DNA of 64,000 nucleotides, from positions 871,884 through 935,883 of the forward strand of contig MU054001.1 in assembly GCA_013239625.1 (NCBI GenBank), given 5' to 3'. Below are positions 59,439 through 64,000 of the stretch, in pieces; position 1 is the stretch's first letter; each line of letters begins with the position of its first letter. The stretch is from Lama guanicoe (Eukaryota). The notes below the pieces were generated by a model. The model saw nothing but the letters and a program-made list of their open reading frames with translations. It was not told the DNA's origin and ran no database searches. A program made the translations under genes and the position numbers.

Positions 59439-60349
59439 CTAAGACCAGACAAAGGCAGCTTTCTGAGCAGCTGAGAGAACTTAAGAGTGTAACCAAAGGC
59501 CAAAAAAAACCCCAAAAAAACCCAAATAACTTAGATCATCTTCCACTCCCAGTGAAGCGGGCCTGCTCAGTGCCCAGAGGCAAGAGGAGACACAAAATAT
59601 TAAGATTGTACCAAAATCCACAGATGGTGGTTATCGGGATGTGATGTGTGCAGAGAAGTGGAGTGGTCAGGAGACCTTCTGCCTTCTGACCCGCAGGACA
59701 CGGGACGTGTTCTCGGGAACCTGGCGGGGGCCCCCATGGTGGCAATCTTCTGGGATGTATTTAGAGGTGGGATTAGGAGAAAGAAGGAGTCAGAGAGCAT
59801 CATCAGGGCCGACTGAGATGGAAAACTGACTTTCTGGGCTGTTTTCAGGGTGGGAGCCAATACCCAGTTTTCACTGCCACTTACCTCTGTGTGACTTCCA
59901 AGGATTCTTTAAGCCCTGGAGCACTTGCTGCAAGAGTTCTGTGCTCTCTTCTTGGCTGAGACCCTCCCAGGATTAGGAAAGGAACAGACAAGTCCTCACT
60001 CTGTTCCCTTTGGAAACCTGGCGCAGGGAACTCCACAGTCGATATGGCAGCTGGAAGCCCAGTGGGGACTTCCCAGTGGGACTTGCAGGATTCCAGGCAC
60101 AGATAGGACATGTCTGGTTCCAACCAAGGCCTCCTTGACTCCCAGCCAATTCCCTTGAGGAAACCCACCCTTCCTTTAACTGCCTTTAAAAAGTCCCTGG
60201 TGTTTAAATGGGACTTTTACTCAGATAGCCCCAACTGTAGAAGCAGCCAAGTGGATTACTGTATTTGATTTGATTTTTAAATGCCCAGTTCCACCAGTTT
60301 ACAGTTGAGTAGGGAGCAGAGGGAGGAACCGGGGAATGTGCAAGTGTTT

Positions 60350-60650
60350 GAGATAGGTACTTTGCATATGTGTTATTGATTAGTTCTTACAGTGGCATTA
60401 TCAGGTAGAAAGTGAACCCATTGTACAGACATGGAAACTGAGGCCAAGGAAGACAACGCATATCAAGTGCCAACTCTACCCCAAGCAATATAATAACTTG
60501 CATGTCTCATGTGCAAACAACCCAGTGAGGTGGGTTTTTATCACTAATTCCCATTTTACAGAAGAGGAAACTAGAATCTGTATAGTCAGGACTCACGACT
60601 CAAGGTCTGCATAACCAGGAAGGGGTATTCCTAGGATTTGAATTCAAGAA
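60350..60650 (-). mobile_element. Two tandem MIR fragments
   Basis: cccattgtacagacatggaaactgaggcc and cccattttacagaagaggaaact. Confidence 0.75.
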
Positions 60651-61449
60651 TCAGATTCTTTTGGTTCTGCTTCCCTCTCAACATGAAGATATCATAAAGT
60701 AGATGCTCTGGGCTAATCTGCTGTGCTCCAGATTCCATGCTAAAGCACAGAGACCCTCTCCCCCTGACCCTGGGTAAGACTGGAAATGAAAGGAAAGCTC
60801 TTCGCTTGCGTGTTTCAAAAGTCAAGTGGTGAAACTTCCCAGCCACCATCTGGGTGGGAAGAGCCTTGCCCTCCCGCCCCATCCACAGCAACGGGCACTG
60901 AACGAAGCCAACAAGTCGGTGGTAAACATGCTCCCAACCCCCTCTAAACCCCCACACACCCTGAACCATGAGATTTACAACTGCCAAGGGCCTCGCCTTG
61001 GACAGAAACCAGCCCAGCATCATGATCCAGGCCTCGGAGGCTCAACCCTCAGATGGGGAAAACATCCTGCCCTTTACAAGTCCATCCCCTCTCTCGGCTT
61101 TATTAACCAGAAGGCTGAGATCTGAACGTGGGCTTGCAATACCAGTTGCCAGCTGGTGGAATCACAGAGCAAAGCCCTTTCTCCTGGAACCAGCCTGAAG
61201 ACCACGCCAAGCCACCAGATGGGCAGTAAAATCTTTTAAACAGCTGCCGTCTATGGCTATGCTACTACTGGAGTTGTGAGTTTATTTTACAGGGATCATG
61301 GGTGTGCAGAGCCCTTCAGACTGAAAATGAAAAATACCAGGTTACAAAGGCTGGTCATCTTCCCAGCCTCCTGGGATCACAGCTGCTCCCTGGGGTTTAG
61401 TTGGGGGAACCCTAAGGTCTTCTATATCCTGGAACCAGAACAGGCAGGC

Positions 61450-61625
61450 GTTCTCTCTTTTAATTCTCACGACAACCACATCAAGTAGGCACTACTCTTT
61501 GGTCCATTCAATAGATGGGTATTTTGAGGCTTAGAGAGATTATGGGTTTGCCCAGAATTACACAGCTGGAAAGGGGTAGAGATGGGATTCAGAGCCTGAG
61601 CCCACACCTTTGGGGAAACTTTCCA
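61450..61625 (-). mobile_element. MIR SINE
   Basis: ttaattctcacgacaacc...tgaggcttagagag...tgcccagaattacacagctgg...gggattc. Confidence 0.7.
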
Positions 61626-61699
61626 CTCAGTGACTCCTACCTGCCCTTGGAACAAGTGATTGTGTGGGGATGAGTCAATCCGCTAGGAAAGAGGGTTTG

Positions 61700-61880
61700 T
61701 GTGTCCTGGGTCTTCTACCTTCACAGCCAGTAGGCTGCCTCAGTTTCCCCAGCTCTAAAATAAGAATGGTAAGAGGATCCCTTTATAGCACTGGATTGAG
61801 AAGCAACAAGATACTGAATGCAAAATGCTCAGCGCAGTCCTGCAGTCCTTGGCAGACAGGAAGGATCCAGGAAATATTCA
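61700..61880 (+). mobile_element. MIR SINE
   Basis: gcctcagtttccccagctctaaaataagaat...tgcaaaatgctcagcgcagt. Confidence 0.65.
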
Positions 61881-62179
61881 CTTCTCTCCTTCCCGGTCTT
61901 ATTGTGATCATGCGTAAAGGATGTGCGGCAGCCCCCGATTGATTCTGCCCCCTTCAGACCATTGCAGTACGTGGATCAAGTCTATCCTTGGAAGAAAAAT
62001 CTCTGGGAAAATTCTGCCTCGCCTGATTTTTTAGAAGTCAAACTGGTCCCCTCTTTCTATCACCATCATTTGTAGAAGGTTCTTAATATTCAAACCAGAT
62101 CCCGTTTAACCTTTAGCCCAACGGAGCTTTACTTACTTCAAACCCCTTTGGCTCACAGAGGCCTGGCTTCCTTCAGGCT

Positions 62180-62590
62180 CAGGCTGTAAATGTTTGACTT
62201 TGATTTGAGATACATGACAATAAATTAGGGGACATTTATCAAAGCTGCTTTTTGCATAAATTACCGCATTATACAAACACACTTAGCAGGATCCTGCTGC
62301 TTTGATGTTGGGAGTCAAGATTTATGTGCAATGGAGTTTTTATTTATCTGCCCTGTTCACCCCTACAAGAGCTGGACACAGTTCTCAATTAGTCCCATAC
62401 GTCTCGAAATGACATGTATCTCTCGCAACTTGAGTCGAGGGAACAAAGACACTTAAGCCCCATCCAAGTGGCCTTTTTAAGGAGATGAGAAGCTTTATCG
62501 GACCCAGAATGTCTCTGAATTCTTTCTCCGGAGAGCAGATTGAACAGCATTTGAATGAGTTGCTCTGGAATTTTCTCCACCATTTAAAAA
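62180..62590. promoter_or_regulatory. Candidate Wnt/TCF-LEF responsive enhancer
   Basis: CTTTGAT 62198, ATCAAAG 62238, GCTTTGATGT 62299, AACAAAG 62442 in a repeat-free block. Confidence 0.5.
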
Positions 62591-62617
62591 AAAAATTGAA
62601 TAGAAGAAAGAGCTTTC

Positions 62618-62655
62618 TATTATTATTGTTGTTGTTGTTGTTGTTGTTGTTGTTT
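62618..62655. repeat. (TAT)n(TGT)n microsatellite
   Basis: Direct reading. Confidence 0.9.
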
Positions 62656-62750
62656 TATTCAAGGAGCCACAGAAACATACATTCCTAGCCTGCAGATTCA
62701 GATAAAGAGATACATGCATCGCCCTTGTCTGGGGCTTCTGATTTTCTAAA

Positions 62751-62771
62751 TTTAGCACCACGGAGTGCACC
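62751..62771 (+). promoter_or_regulatory. RE1/NRSE-like (REST) motif
   Basis: TTTAGCACCACGGAGTGCACC vs consensus TTCAGCACCACGGACAGCGCC: 17/21 identity, one non-tolerated mismatch. Confidence 0.45.
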
Positions 62772-63621
62772 CCAGAGGGGTAGAGATCTGTGCAACCCGG
62801 CGGAGTGAGGCCAAGAATTTTAGATCTCACTGGCTGTTAAAAATTTCTGTGTCTTCACTGAGGTGACTACCCCAAAGGTACTGTGTCTCCCCTTTTTGGC
62901 ATAAAGATATTTTTAAAAGGAGAATTACCACTCCCATTACCATTCTTTCAGAAAAGATGATGCAGTTGTCAAAACATGGCATGTGAAGCTGGGAGATGCC
63001 GTGGCTCAGATGAGCAGCCACGTCCGAAGGGAGCAAGGTCGCCCCTTCGGAGTAGCTGTAGCCCATTCTTCAGATAGAGGGCTCAAGGGCTCTTCCTCGT
63101 CCAGTTCTGGAATATCGTGTAGATAACCTTCCGCCCCACTCAGAGGCCAGGGAGGGTGGGACAGAGATCTGGAATGGGGAAGCTATGAGTGTAGCCCCAC
63201 CGGGCAGGAGGGAGCTCCAGGGCAGGGAGGCACGGCTGGCAGTGGAGGGACTTACACAACGGGAAGCATCGTGCCTGAGCATAACAGCCATGTCGAAATG
63301 CCCAAGGCAGCCCCTGTGGGGAGCAACCTGGAAAGCATCGGGAAGGCAGCTCTCCCACTCAGCCGTGAAAAGTAGACCTTCTCCCTTCCCTCCATCCCCC
63401 GGGGACATATTCCCCATGACCCCATTTACACCCTGAAGCTTACCTTCATTCTCAGTGTAGCCAACTCATTGTCCCTAAAGCCCCAGCTAAGCGCAGACAA
63501 AGCCAGGGGCACGAGTAAGAGAAAGGTACAATTTAAGGAGGGATTTGGCTGAGTGACGATGAGACGAGATGACGCTTCAAAATGGGGAAGATTGTGGGAT
63601 AAAGGAGGCAGAAATATTTAA

Positions 63622-63870
63622 GAATAATAATGATAATACAGTCATGTTTGCATCTGTCAAACACCTGTTCTGGCCAAGCACTAATGCACGGTGTCATTGA
63701 ACTTTCCGCATGTCCTATGGGGTAGGACCTAGTTGATTAGCCCCATTTGACAAATGAGAAAATCAAGGCTCAAAGAGGACACATTGATCTCCCCAGGTCA
63801 CTCAACTTGTCAACCACAGAGCCAGGACATGAAGCCAGACTGACTGCGGAGCATCCCGACTGCTAGACAG
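63622..63870 (-). mobile_element. MIR SINE
   Basis: ccccatttgacaaatgagaaaatcaaggctcaaagagg...cccaggtcactcaactt. Confidence 0.8.
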
Positions 63871-64000
63871 CCAGCACATCTAGAGGGGGAGGGTGGGCAC
63901 TGGGATGAGCAGCTGATAAGGTCGTTACTAGGGCTCTGAAGTAGTCAGAGCATCAGAGGGTGGGGTCCCTACTCTCTGCAGGATCACAGCACTTAGTAGA

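Noticed and set aside
1..64000. CRISPR array, prokaryotic operon, intact retroelement or miRNA hairpin; specific locus identity
   Set aside because: No repeat-spacer array, long ORF or long hairpin was seen by eye; no coding anchor exists to name the locus without a genome search

Overview
This is mammalian non-coding genomic DNA, most likely from a camelid (camel, alpaca or llama). The evidence is two copies of a tRNA-derived SINE matching my recollection of the camelid Vic-1 family, cetartiodactyl/camelid-type L1 3' ends, and no Alu, B1/B2, Bov-A/Bov-tA or PRE-1 elements. I found no protein-coding exon, RNA gene, CRISPR array or prokaryotic system; the supplied ORFs look like chance frames or repeat-derived frames. 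The window has two kinds of sequence. (i) Old eutherian repeats (MIR, L2, L1M/HAL1, MLT1 MaLR LTRs, hAT MER elements) plus a few younger lineage-specific insertions with target-site duplications (TSDs). (ii) Several repeat-free blocks dense in developmental transcription-factor motifs (posterior HOX/CDX, PBX-HOX, MEIS/PKNOX, bHLH CATATG, FOX, TCF/LEF, one near-consensus RE1). By inference this is a gene desert or giant intron holding enhancers for a developmental regulator outside the window; I could not identify the locus. Repeat names come from remembered consensus sequences and boundaries are approximate (tens of bp). Enhancer calls rest on motifs and composition only, because conservation could not be computed.
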